Assembly: GCA_027077875.1 (NCBI GenBank) | Contig: JALWRB010000326.1 | Coordinates: forward strand, 1 to 50,667 | Length of the DNA stretch: 50,667 nt | Direction: 5' to 3' | Source: Candidatus Heimdallarchaeota archaeon | GTDB taxonomy: Archaea; Asgardarchaeota; Heimdallarchaeia; Heimdallarchaeales; Kariarchaeaceae | Shown here: one piece after another, positions 18,171 to 27,946 of the stretch | Position numbering within the stretch: the first letter of the stretch is position 1 | Layout: every line of letters begins with the position of its first letter | Program-made: the position numbers and the translations under genes | Notes under the pieces: model-generated | Databases searched by the model: none | The model's input: the letters and a program-made list of their open reading frames with translations, nothing else | What the model was told of the DNA's origin: nothing

Positions 18171-19952
18171 ATGAAACTGACCCAGATCCAGCTGAAGAAC
18201 TTCCGAGGTTACAAGGACGTTCAGACGAACATAGACCAATTCACCGCATTCGTGGGGAACAACTCCTCGGGGAAGTCTACGATACTGGTTGCAATACAGA
18301 AACTGCTAGACAGCAAGGACAAGCTGACCGCTGATGACTTCTACATGCGGAGGGCCGAGTCCCTCGAGATACAGGGCACCTTCGAGCTGAGCGAGGAGGA
18401 GAGGACGGATCTCTCACGGATCCTCGGGATTCCGCTGAAGGAACTGGTGCTCATCAGAAGAGCGGAGGCGGATGATCCAAAGAAATTTAGGTACTACGTC
18501 ATGGCACCCGAGTACGGAGACAAGCTCTTGGACCCGTCTTACGCAAGCTCCAAGACGCTGAAAGACTACAAGACCGCAGCCAAGGAGGGGAAGCTCCCTG
18601 AGGAGTTCGCAGCCGTCACCAAGGTCGGGGAACTCAAGGAGGTGCTTGCAGCGTATCTTCTCGAAGGGAAGGCGGAGCCAACGGGTCAAAAGAGGATGGA
18701 GGTGAAGATCAAGGACATCGCCCCCTTACTCCCCGAGGTGCTGTATGTCCCCGCGTTCGAGAGCATCGACAACCACACAGAGTACAAGAAGACGAACTTC
18801 TTCGGAAGGATGCTGCAGAACGTCTTCAGGAACCTCGAGGAGGAGCCAGATTACAAGAAGTTCAGGATGCAGTACGAGAATCTCACCAAGAGGATATTTG
18901 GGCACGAGGCGAACAACAGGGCAAGACCACTCGTGGAGTTCGAGAACAGCCTCACCTCGTACATCAACGAGATCCTACCGACGGAGGTCTCGCTGAACTT
19001 CAACGTACCGTTGGTGGAGGACGTGATCCTGAAGAACTTCTCCATCTACCTCGACGATGGGGTGAAGACACCGGTGAGCGCTAAGGGTCACGGAGCACAG
19101 CGGGCCATTGTTTGGGCGCTGCTCCGCTACTATCTGGACAACAGTGGATCGGGAAATGAGCCGATGTTCCTCGTGGAGGAACCCGAGCTCTACCTACACC
19201 CACAGGCGCAGAGGGTCATGCTCAAGACCATCAAGGAGCTGTCCACCAAGGGACAGGTCATTTACTCGACGCATAGCCCGATCTTCGTCGACCTCGAGCA
19301 CCCCTCCTCCATCAGGGTGATCAGGAAGGCGGACGGAAACGGTTCCATTTACCAACTCCCCGACGTCAGTGACGACGATAAGCAGCAACTGAGATACCTG
19401 AAGTGGATGGGGGATGCCCACAACGAGATCTTCTTCGCCAAGTCCGTGGTCCTCTACGAGGGAGCGACTGAGAAGCTGCTGCTCACTCACATGAACAAGA
19501 ATCCCACAACCGACGTGGGCAATGTCCAGCTACAGAGGAGGATAAGCAGACCGCTCAACTTCGATGAGCTTGGATGCCAGTTGATCTCAACTGGTGGTAA
19601 GTTCTCGATGCCGTTCTTCACAAAGCTCCTGAGCCACGCCCGCATCCCCTTCTACGTGATCTTTGACAACGACTCGAGCAGCAACACCGGTCATGTGGAC
19701 ATGAACACGCACATCAAGCGTAACGTGGACAAGGCGAAGAAGGCAGGGCTGAACTCCGGACTCACCATCCACTACCCGTTCTTGGAGAAGGACTGGAAGA
19801 TCGCGTACACCAATGATCAGAAGGTGGAGACGGTGTACAGCTTGCTGTCAGCAGACAACTGGGACAGCTACTTCAGTGAGAAGTACGAGACCCTCAGCAG
19901 CAGGCTCTACAACTTCGCGTGGTGCTGCTACTTGAACGTGAGGTTCTCGTAG
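18171..19952 (+). CDS. OLD-family ATP-dependent nuclease (ABC ATPase + TOPRIM)
   Basis: KNFRG, GNNSSGKST, KGHGAQR, EEPELYLHPQAQ and STHSP, then TOPRIM FFAKSVVLYEGATE and DxD (FDND). Confidence 0.9.
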   Translation: MKLTQIQLKNFRGYKDVQTNIDQFTAFVGNNSSGKSTILVAIQKLLDSKDKLTADDFYMRRAESLEIQGTFELSEEERTDLSRILGIPLKELVLIRRAEADDPKKFRYYVMAPEYGDKLLDPSYASSKTLKDYKTAAKEGKLPEEFAAVTKVGELKEVLAAYLLEGKAEPTGQKRMEVKIKDIAPLLPEVLYVPAFESIDNHTEYKKTNFFGRMLQNVFRNLEEEPDYKKFRMQYENLTKRIFGHEANNRARPLVEFENSLTSYINEILPTEVSLNFNVPLVEDVILKNFSIYLDDGVKTPVSAKGHGAQRAIVWALLRYYLDNSGSGNEPMFLVEEPELYLHPQAQRVMLKTIKELSTKGQVIYSTHSPIFVDLEHPSSIRVIRKADGNGSIYQLPDVSDDDKQQLRYLKWMGDAHNEIFFAKSVVLYEGATEKLLLTHMNKNPTTDVGNVQLQRRISRPLNFDELGCQLISTGGKFSMPFFTKLLSHARIPFYVIFDNDSSSNTGHVDMNTHIKRNVDKAKKAGLNSGLTIHYPFLEKDWKIAYTNDQKVETVYSLLSADNWDSYFSEKYETLSSRLYNFAWCCYLNVRFS

Positions 19953-19976
19953 TACAATCAATTTCTATGATAAAGG

Positions 19977-20432
19977 CTAGCTCTTCTGAACCGCGGTCGT
20001 CTTGACGTTGATGTCTATGCCCTCCTTGATGGAGGCCGAGACTATGCAGTAGTTGAAGAACCGCTCCTTGCACTTCTCGAACTTCTTCATCGTCTTCTCG
20101 TCCAGCTGGTCGAAGCCTGCGGTGAGCTCCACGTCGACGTTCCTCACCCTCCAGTAGCCCTTCTCGTTCCGGTCGATATGGACTGTCGTCGTCGCTTCGA
20201 GGTCGTCGAGGGGGTTGTGCGCCTTCTCGAGGCAGAAGGTCAACGACGCCGAGAGGCAGTTCGTGATCGCTACAGCGAGGATCCGGGAGGCGTTGGGATA
20301 CTCATCCCTGCCACCGGGGACGTTCTCCGGCTCGTCGAGCATGAGGTCCTCAAACTGTTCCTTGTCAAATTTCGCGACGAATTGCATGTCGCGGAGACGT
20401 TTCATTGTTATGGTGAACTTTCCACCTGCCAT
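19977..20432 (-). CDS. OsmC/Ohr family protein
   Basis: DEP...GG...PNAS.ILAVAITNCL and the second Cys in YCIVSASI. Confidence 0.85.
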   Translation of the reverse strand: MAGGKFTITMKRLRDMQFVAKFDKEQFEDLMLDEPENVPGGRDEYPNASRILAVAITNCLSASLTFCLEKAHNPLDDLEATTTVHIDRNEKGYWRVRNVDVELTAGFDQLDEKTMKKFEKCKERFFNYCIVSASIKEGIDINVKTTAVQKS

Positions 20433-20557
20433 GGTCTACTCTTCGGGTAGAAGAATTTATACCACGTGATTGATGGAGGAACTCTGACCAAAATGACCGC
20501 GAGAATATGCGAACGGACGAACCGCACCACTCTTAAGTGCCAAGCGGATTCTGGCGT

Positions 20558-21373
20558 ATGTACGTCCGCAAGCAGATTGAAGATCTGCAGCAGCTGAGGA
20601 GCGATATCGACCGAGCGGTAAGGATCTGGACGGAGATCCTTGAACCACACGTGGAGTACGCCTACCTCAAGGGATCTGCGGCGAAGGAGATCCAGACTCC
20701 CATTGACTACGTACCCGAGGTCAGCGACCTCGACATCCACATACATCTAAGAAAGGGAGCGTTCGAGGAGGGAAGGAGGGGGGTCCGCCAAGCTCTTCAT
20801 ATCGCAGCGGAGTACGAGGATCTATTCACCCGTGGGCAGTACTGGCACCTCCCGAGGACGCAGATCATCGACATCTCCAAGATGCACGAGCTCGGGACAT
20901 ACTACACACCGATGAGGAGGAACATCCGGGTGTTGACCGGAGACCCGAGGTTCCCCGAGACACAGGAAGATATTCCGCTGACCATCGAGGAGCACCGGAA
21001 AATTGACAGGGAACGGGGCGTGGAGAACGACCAACTACTCGTCTCATTCAGAGACTCCGTTCTCGACCGGACAACTCTGGACCTGTGGGCAGGGTTGAGA
21101 AAGATCAACTGGAGGGTCTCACCAAGTGTCAACCGGCTACTGTCGCAGACCGAGAACCCATTCGAGATCTGGGAGATGAACCGGACCAGTGTCCTGCAGT
21201 TACTGGAGAAGAAGTACCCCACTATCGCAGAGCTGTTCAGGAGGTACTACGAGCACGCGTGGGAGCTGTACAACAGTAACTTCGAGAGCAGTGCAGCCTA
21301 CCGGAGCTGCCTCGAGCTAGGCTACGGGATCATGTGGGAAGCGAGAGAGGCACTTCAGAGATTAGAAGCATAG
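20558..21373 (+). CDS. Pol-beta-superfamily nucleotidyltransferase-like protein
   Basis: AYLKGS...SDLDIHI matches hG[GS]-x-DxD, followed by a helical C-terminal domain. ATG 20558 preferred over GTG 20537. Confidence 0.65.
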   Translation: MYVRKQIEDLQQLRSDIDRAVRIWTEILEPHVEYAYLKGSAAKEIQTPIDYVPEVSDLDIHIHLRKGAFEEGRRGVRQALHIAAEYEDLFTRGQYWHLPRTQIIDISKMHELGTYYTPMRRNIRVLTGDPRFPETQEDIPLTIEEHRKIDRERGVENDQLLVSFRDSVLDRTTLDLWAGLRKINWRVSPSVNRLLSQTENPFEIWEMNRTSVLQLLEKKYPTIAELFRRYYEHAWELYNSNFESSAAYRSCLELGYGIMWEAREALQRLEA

Positions 21374-21405
21374 AGACTACCCCGTTGGTGAAGCTTCCAT
21401 GACCT

Positions 21406-22416
21406 TCATAGGCTATGAGAAAACCTATGAAGATTGAAAAATGGGTCTGAATCGAGAATCTCTGATAATTGATCATCCGTCATCTCATGGAAACTCGTGT
21501 TGAAACCGACCCTGTTTGCAACAAGAATATTGATTCTTTCCTTCGGAACTTTCTCTATCAATGTCCGTAGAAAGTATGGACTGTGTGTCACGAGAACATA
21601 CTGGTTGTCAGGATTGTCCGCGATGAGTTGCGCGAGGTACTTTGTGTAGTAAGGGAAGGTATGACCCCCTGGTTCCTCAAACAGAATGATCTTGCCTTTA
21701 TTGCTCAATACTGCGATGGAGTAGAATATAACCTGCTTTATAGTATCGCCAAGTGTCGTGTATGGAAGGTTTACAAGGATGTCATCCACTTGCTTCTGAA
21801 TCTCAAAAGTATTTGATTGTGGTCTGAATACTAGTGAGAAGTTAAAAGTATCAAGAAAGGACTTGACAAAGCCTCTAAGACCCTTCGAGGAATAGACCAC
21901 CCTGAATAGATTGTCACCGAAGGGATGGACTAGAGAGGCAAGAGAGTTGTTCGGATAAGAGTGTAGATCCTTATACTTGTAGAATCTGACTCTATCAACT
22001 GACGGGTTCGACAATCCCTGCGCGATAGATCCTCTCGAACTTCCATCGATAGCGAAATCAGCCCTTCGATCAGCAATTTTGTTGTCTCCCTGATATACTC
22101 GTAGATGTGATTTGAACACACCGTCGATAAACGTGAGATCAGCATCTACCCGCATATCACCACCATTAACCTCAATTGATATACCATGGTCTATGAATTC
22201 GTCAGTGAACAGGTTCTGCATGTTCTCCATACGTACCATCTGGCGAAGCTTCCCCCAGTTCTTCCAAAAGATATCGAGCAGGGAGATACTCTCTATGAGA
22301 TTCGATTTCCCGGCATTAGTATCACCGATTACTACAGTAACATCCCTCAGCTCAATCGATACATCCTTCAAGGTCTTGAAGTTCCTGACTGAAATAGAGT
22401 TGAAGTAGCGGCCCAC
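21406..22416 (-). CDS. AAA_15/AAA_21-type (ABC-like) ATPase without a nuclease domain
   Basis: VRNFKT, GDTNAGKSN, ILFEEP and VTHSPY. The ORF is open to 22626, but GTG 22416 lies about 25 nt after a TTTAATA element. Confidence 0.8.
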   Translation of the reverse strand: MGRYFNSISVRNFKTLKDVSIELRDVTVVIGDTNAGKSNLIESISLLDIFWKNWGKLRQMVRMENMQNLFTDEFIDHGISIEVNGGDMRVDADLTFIDGVFKSHLRVYQGDNKIADRRADFAIDGSSRGSIAQGLSNPSVDRVRFYKYKDLHSYPNNSLASLVHPFGDNLFRVVYSSKGLRGFVKSFLDTFNFSLVFRPQSNTFEIQKQVDDILVNLPYTTLGDTIKQVIFYSIAVLSNKGKIILFEEPGGHTFPYYTKYLAQLIADNPDNQYVLVTHSPYFLRTLIEKVPKERINILVANRVGFNTSFHEMTDDQLSEILDSDPFFNLHRFSHSL

Positions 22417-22735
22417 AGAGTTCTGCACGTTTGGTTCTATATTAAACAGTGACTCTCGGAGTGGATCAGAGACCCCTTTAGGATCAATGTTCATAATACA
22501 GAACACTAGACTCCTGATATCGGTAGCCACGTAACGTGCGGAGTACATAGAATCCCCACCATCCTCGTCAAAAGATATGCAAACTGGTAATTCAAGTCTA
22601 TTAACTACCACACAATAATTCATCAACGAGGGCTGTTATCCAGTCATGCAAGGTGTAAAATGCGGATAAATTGGAATGTAAACAAGGTTGCACCAGAGTT
22701 AATCATTGAGACTCCAAAGAGGTATAGCAAGACAT

Positions 22736-23986
22736 TCAGTACGCTAATCTCTCCGGGCGACACACTGCTTCTCGGATCTCCTCGTCCGTGAGGATCTGAC
22801 CCGTGCGCTTCGCCATCTCCAGCAGCTTGTCTGCACAGTCGTCGCTGTACTCCAGCCCCATGGACTGCAACTTGAGCAGCACGTTGCTCTTACCCGACAT
22901 CGGCCCGATCTCAATCGACTGGTTGCGCCCATAGTCAGCGGCGTTCACCCCCGAGTAGACGTTGTTGCACCAGTCCAATCCCATCTTCTGCGCCTTGACC
23001 AGTGCTGCAGCATGCACACCCGTCGCCGTCTTGAAGGCGTCCTTACCGATGACGGGGTAGTTCACCGGGATGGGGATGCCCACCAGCTCGCTGACCAGAT
23101 GGGTGTACTCCGAGAGGCTACTGAGGTCGTTGTCTATCCAGCCGAGGAGCTTGAGATTGACCAGTAGCTGATCGAGTGGGGTGTTACCGCACCTCTCGCC
23201 CACGCCTAACCCCGTACCGTGTATGCGTTCTGCGCCTCCTCGAAGGGCTGCTAGCGAGTTAGATACGCTGAGACCGCGGTCGCGGTGACCGTGCCAGTCG
23301 ATGCGGACATCCTTGTAGCCCTCGTCGTCGAGGAATTCACGGACAAATTTGGAAAGAGCGTAGGCCCCCTCTGGGGAGGCGTGCCCCACGGTGTCGGAGA
23401 TGCAGACTGCCTGAGCTCCCTCGTGAACCGCGGCGAGATAGATGTGCTTGATGTCCTCGGGGCGGGAGCGAGTGGTGTCCTCCGTGACGAACATCACCGG
23501 TACGTCGTTCTCGACGCACAGGCGTACTGCAGAACGGGCCAGATTCTCGAGCCGCTCCATGTCCCACCCCTCGACTAACTGCCTGATCACCGAGGTGCCT
23601 AGGAATGCACAGACCTCGACGGGAATGCCCACATCATGCGATATCTCGATCACGGGTTTGATGTCGTACTCATGCGTCCGAGCGGCACAGTTCGGCTGAA
23701 TCCGCAGACCCTCGTCCCGTATCATCTCGCAAATCTGCTTGACATCGGAGTACATCTTGGGCGAGGAGCTCGGGTACCCCACGTCAGCGGTGTGCACACC
23801 GAGCCTCTCCATCAGTCTCACAAGCCTGAGCTTTCCAGAAATATGTGGATCCCGAGTGGAAGGGCTCTGCAGACCATCACGCAGGGTCTCATCATTGATG
23901 ATGATCTTGGATGGACGATGGGAACTCTGGTGGGTGTTCCAATCGTATATCCCAAATATGTCGGATTCGTTCTCGGAGTCCATCAA
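22736..23986 (-). CDS. LeuA-family DRE-TIM Claisen condensation enzyme (isopropylmalate/homocitrate/citramalate synthase-like) lacking the C-terminal regulatory domain
   Basis: DETLRDGLQ, EDTTR, SDTVG, HGHRDRG, GVGERCGN, GVHAAA and SGKSN motifs; only 416 aa. Confidence 0.88.
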   Translation of the reverse strand: MMDSENESDIFGIYDWNTHQSSHRPSKIIINDETLRDGLQSPSTRDPHISGKLRLVRLMERLGVHTADVGYPSSSPKMYSDVKQICEMIRDEGLRIQPNCAARTHEYDIKPVIEISHDVGIPVEVCAFLGTSVIRQLVEGWDMERLENLARSAVRLCVENDVPVMFVTEDTTRSRPEDIKHIYLAAVHEGAQAVCISDTVGHASPEGAYALSKFVREFLDDEGYKDVRIDWHGHRDRGLSVSNSLAALRGGAERIHGTGLGVGERCGNTPLDQLLVNLKLLGWIDNDLSSLSEYTHLVSELVGIPIPVNYPVIGKDAFKTATGVHAAALVKAQKMGLDWCNNVYSGVNAADYGRNQSIEIGPMSGKSNVLLKLQSMGLEYSDDCADKLLEMAKRTGQILTDEEIREAVCRPERLAY

Positions 23987-24048
23987 AGTTGTATTTGATA
24001 TAGAATATTTAGCATTTTCCCAGAAAGGGGGTCGCGTATTGATACAGA

Positions 24049-24348
24049 TTAGCCACCAGTGAGAAAGAGCAGGAAGCGTATCTCCGAATTTTCATGCACA
24101 TTCAGTTGCGGGTTCTCCTTCAGCAGGATCAGTTGGTCGTCGATGACCAAGGCGTAAGGTGACCTGATCCGACCACCCTCCACGAGCTGTGAACCCCAGT
24201 CTTGGGACTCAACCGCCTTCAGGAATGAGTGGATATCATTGGCATCCAACTCCAGTAACCGCTGCTCACCGAACTTCTCACGCATTGCCGATGGTAGCTT
24301 GACCCTGACCTGCACGGAGTACGTACCTCGTGAGGATTGATAAACCAT
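24049..24348 (-). CDS. MoaD/ThiS/SAMP ubiquitin-like sulfur carrier (start possibly GTG 24315)
   Basis: Beta-grasp-sized protein ending LLFLTGG, divergent from a tungsten AOR gene. Confidence 0.85.
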   Translation of the reverse strand: MVYQSSRGTYSVQVRVKLPSAMREKFGEQRLLELDANDIHSFLKAVESQDWGSQLVEGGRIRSPYALVIDDQLILLKENPQLNVHENSEIRFLLFLTGG

Positions 24349-24668
24349 GTGGGGAGCGTAGTGGAAAGGAGAGCAGTGAAAGACAGAATTGTAGGAATAC
24401 CCTCCTAGAGATTACTACAGTTATTTTGAGGGAATAGTTACTTAGAGCGGATGGAGAAAAGGTTCCAAGCCATTGGAGATGTGGAGAAGAGGATTCAATC
24501 ACTTGGGGTAGATAGAGAGGAGAAATCAATCCACTGGAGCGGAAATACCTCGTGGTCAAACGTATAAGGAGTAGAATGAGAAAAATTGATACCTTGGTAT
24601 GATCGCCAGTTCTGAGAAAAGATAATAAAGGAAGTAATTATTTGGAAATTCGTGAGAGGAACCCGCTA

Positions 24669-26498
24669 ATGCATTTGCAGAGAAAGACCGCAAAGATCAA
24701 CCTGAGCACGGGTGAGATCGAGATCTATCCGACACCGCTCAGAGACATAGAGAACTTCCTCGGAGCACGGGGTATGAATGTCCTCGAGCTGGTCAGGAAC
24801 CTTCCCGATCCGAACATCGACCCATTCGACCCAAGAAATCCGCTGATCTTCGGGGTGGGGTTGCTCACCGGAACCTCTGCGCCCAACGCTGCACGATTCA
24901 ACGTCACCGCCCTGTCCCCGGAGACGGGAATACTGGGGGACTCCAACGCAGGGGGATTCTTCGGTCCCGCGATGAAGTACGCGGGCTTTGACCGGTTGAT
25001 CATCACAGGGGAAAGCAAAGAGCCCTGCTACATCTACCTCGACGACGGAAAGGCCGAGATCAGGGATGCCTCGCACCTGTGGGGAATGGACACTCAGGCC
25101 ACACAGCAGACGATCTGGGACGACTTAGGGACAAATCACGAGGCTGCGGTCATCGGACCAGCAGGGGAGAACCAGGTCAGGATGGCGTGCGTGATCACAC
25201 GGAAGAAGAACTCAGCGTCAAGAGGAGGGATGGGAGGCCTGATGGGGGCAAAGAGGCTCAAGGCGGTCGTCGCCCGGAACACGGGGTCGCTCCAGCTGCA
25301 CAAACCACAGGAATTCCTGCAAGCAGTGATCGGGCTGAAGGACTACCTCAACGGCTCCAAGGTCGTGCAGACGCTCAGGAAGTTAGGAACTCCGTTGCTG
25401 TACATGCCCAGCAACACCCTGGGGGCCATCCGCACGCTCAACTCGAACAAGACCCAGTTCGACGACAGCCTCCGGGCGGAGGAGTTCCACAAGTTCAGCA
25501 AAGGAGCAATGGCCTGCGCAGCGTGCATGGTGCACTGCAGGCACGCTAACAAGCAGGGAGGTGAGGGACCCGAGTACTCTACCCTCGTCATGATGGGCTC
25601 CAACATCGGGCTGTCCGACCCTCAGCAAGTCATCGTGCTCAACAACATGTGCAACGAACTGGGACTCGATACCTCCAGCACCGGGACGATCATGGCGTGG
25701 TACATGGACATGGCTCAGCGGGGGATGATCGATGAAGACCTTCCGTTCGGGGACTACGGTCTCGCCCGGAACCTGCTGCTGAAGATTGCATACCGAAACG
25801 GGATCGGCGACAGCATGGCCGATTCCTACCAAGCACTGGACAGGTTGCCAGAAGGAGCTGACAAACTCTTCATAGGAGTCAAAGGACTTCCCCAGTCCGA
25901 CCCACATGACTGCCGCTACATTAAATCCTTCGCCCTGGGTATCGCCACCTCCTCGCGGGGTGCCGACCACCTGAGGAGCAGACCGACACTTGAGATCTTC
26001 GACCTCCCCGACGAGCTGAGCGAGGAGATCTATGGCAAGAGGGTCAACACCTCACCGACCTCCTACGAGGACAAGGGCTGGATAGTCAGCACCCACGAGG
26101 ACATCTACGCGGTCGGTGACGGGTTGGGCATATGCAGGTTCGTGACGCACGGCTTCAACTCCCCGCACCTGCTGAAGTACGGGCACTTCAGGGAGCTCGT
26201 GGAGACTGCCACGGGCCTGCAAATTGAGGACTACCGCCAGATCGGACGGAACATCAGGGACCTCGAACGACTGTTCAATACCCGCTGCGGTGTCAGCCGT
26301 AAGGACGACTATCCCCCGTGGAAGTACATGGAGGAGGAGGCAACCGCCGGCATCGCCAAGGGACACCGAATAGTACGCGAGAACTACGACCAGATGCTCG
26401 ACGAGTACTACGAGGTCAGGGGTTGGAACGGTGACGGCTCACTTAAGCCCGAGCGGATCAGGGAGCTGGAAGAGATGATCAGGGAGGAGAGATCATGA
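24669..26498 (+). CDS. Tungsten-containing aldehyde:ferredoxin oxidoreductase (AOR/WOR family) catalytic subunit
   Basis: GLLTGT, SPETG..GDSNAGG, IGPAGEN, RGGMGGLMGAKRLKA, CAACMVHC, EGPEY, LGLDTSSTG, RGADH, DGLGICRF and YYEVRGW motifs. Confidence 0.93.
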   Translation: MHLQRKTAKINLSTGEIEIYPTPLRDIENFLGARGMNVLELVRNLPDPNIDPFDPRNPLIFGVGLLTGTSAPNAARFNVTALSPETGILGDSNAGGFFGPAMKYAGFDRLIITGESKEPCYIYLDDGKAEIRDASHLWGMDTQATQQTIWDDLGTNHEAAVIGPAGENQVRMACVITRKKNSASRGGMGGLMGAKRLKAVVARNTGSLQLHKPQEFLQAVIGLKDYLNGSKVVQTLRKLGTPLLYMPSNTLGAIRTLNSNKTQFDDSLRAEEFHKFSKGAMACAACMVHCRHANKQGGEGPEYSTLVMMGSNIGLSDPQQVIVLNNMCNELGLDTSSTGTIMAWYMDMAQRGMIDEDLPFGDYGLARNLLLKIAYRNGIGDSMADSYQALDRLPEGADKLFIGVKGLPQSDPHDCRYIKSFALGIATSSRGADHLRSRPTLEIFDLPDELSEEIYGKRVNTSPTSYEDKGWIVSTHEDIYAVGDGLGICRFVTHGFNSPHLLKYGHFRELVETATGLQIEDYRQIGRNIRDLERLFNTRCGVSRKDDYPPWKYMEEEATAGIAKGHRIVRENYDQMLDEYYEVRGWNGDGSLKPERIRELEEMIREERS

Positions 26499-26992
26499 GG
26501 AAGCTCAAGATCCTGCAAGGAGACTGCGGGCTGTGTGACCTCTGTGCCATCGCATGCTCCACCGTCAAGTTCGGGGTGCAGAATCCTCAGATGTCGGCCA
26601 TCAAGGTCAGGCACCGTCCAGAGGACACCAACGGTAGACCAACTGGTGCTGTGGACGTCCTGCCCTGCTGGCACTGTGACGATCCCCCGTGCCTGCCCGC
26701 CTGCCCGTACAATGCTATGCTTCTAGATGAGCACAACGTGGTCTCGATAGTCCTCACGGATGCCCCTGAGGGCAAGAATGTGTGCATCTCGTGCATGAAG
26801 TGCGTACGCGCCTGCGAGGAGATGCACGGTGTAGCATCCATCTTCATCAGTCCCACGAGAGACCGCCCCGTGATCAGCAAGTCCGGAAAGACGACGATGA
26901 GACGCACACTGTACAAGTGCGACTGCTGTGGGGGAGACCCCGCGTGTGCCAAGATCTGTCCAAGGGACGCCATAGTCTTCGTGGAGGAATAG
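26495..26992 (+). CDS. Poly-[4Fe-4S] ferredoxin-like subunit of the AOR complex
   Basis: CGLCDLCAIAC, CWHC...CLPACP, CISCMKCVRAC and KCDCC...CAKICP. ATGA-type overlap with the AOR gene. Confidence 0.9.
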   Translation: MRKLKILQGDCGLCDLCAIACSTVKFGVQNPQMSAIKVRHRPEDTNGRPTGAVDVLPCWHCDDPPCLPACPYNAMLLDEHNVVSIVLTDAPEGKNVCISCMKCVRACEEMHGVASIFISPTRDRPVISKSGKTTMRRTLYKCDCCGGDPACAKICPRDAIVFVEE

Positions 26993-27082
26993 CTGAAATT
27001 CTGCACGGAGAGCGATGTGACAGAGTGCAATATAATTTTTCTTACAAATAAGATTTACATACTCTGGTAAAAAAGAAGATTA

Positions 27083-27946
27083 ATGACTTCCGGTTTTAGT
27101 TTAAACGGTAGACAAAGGAGGAGGAACAGTAACCCGATTGGACTGGCTATCGGCCTGTTGATCATCGGGATCATCCTGTTCTTCGTCTCGATTTTCATGA
27201 TCATGGCAGGTGCACAGAGTAACTCATGGGCGGCAACCGATGGCATCGTCACATCCACCTCTATCCGCGAGAAGTACGACTCGGACGACGGTGACTACAC
27301 GTACTATCCTGAGATCACCTACTCTTTCCAAGTTGATGGCAAGACATATACTGGAGATAGATGGGATCCAACGGGAATACAGTCCGGTTCAAGCATTCGT
27401 AGCTCAGCACAGAACAAGATAGACAAATATCCAGTGGGAAGTACAGTGACTGTCTACTATGATCCAAACAATCCGAACAAAAATGCCCTTACCAAGGGTG
27501 TTAACGGTATCGCCATCATCATGTTGGTCATCAGCATCATCATGGTGGTCATCGGGATCGTCATCTTGGCAGTGCTGGGTAAGATCCTGAGCTTCCTCTT
27601 CAAAGGTAGATCGAACAGAGGCTTCATGGGTAGATCACCTACCTACACTGGTCAAAGTCCCAATTACTCGGACGGGCAGGTGGGAGCTAGTCAGACAACA
27701 CCCAATCCCGAAACAGCAGCTTGGTTTGGGGAGGAAGTGAGTCCAACAACTAGTCAGTCGGAATTGACAAATGAGCCAGTCTCCAATTCGACGTCCTCAA
27801 GCCCTCCAGTCTCAGATACGTATGTAGAATCAGCACCAGCTGCACCTTCAGGCGGTCTGTTCATGAGCAAGAAAAACTGCCCTAGCTGCGGTCATCCGAA
27901 TGAAGTGACCGACAAGTTCTGTGGAAATTGTGGAACTCAGATTTAG
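27083..27946 (+). CDS. DUF3592-like membrane protein with C-terminal zinc ribbon
   Basis: TM, then W...GIV...YYPEITYSFQVDGKTY...YPVGSTVTVYYDPNNP, a second TM, an S/T/P linker and CPSCG...CGNCG. Confidence 0.8.
   Translation: MTSGFSLNGRQRRRNSNPIGLAIGLLIIGIILFFVSIFMIMAGAQSNSWAATDGIVTSTSIREKYDSDDGDYTYYPEITYSFQVDGKTYTGDRWDPTGIQSGSSIRSSAQNKIDKYPVGSTVTVYYDPNNPNKNALTKGVNGIAIIMLVISIIMVVIGIVILAVLGKILSFLFKGRSNRGFMGRSPTYTGQSPNYSDGQVGASQTTPNPETAAWFGEEVSPTTSQSELTNEPVSNSTSSSPPVSDTYVESAPAAPSGGLFMSKKNCPSCGHPNEVTDKFCGNCGTQI

Noticed and set aside
24451-24567. 38-aa plus-strand ORF with an internal MEKRFQAIG/VEKRIQSLG repeat upstream of AOR
   Set aside because: The repeat is short and degenerate, and there is no supporting promoter or RBS.
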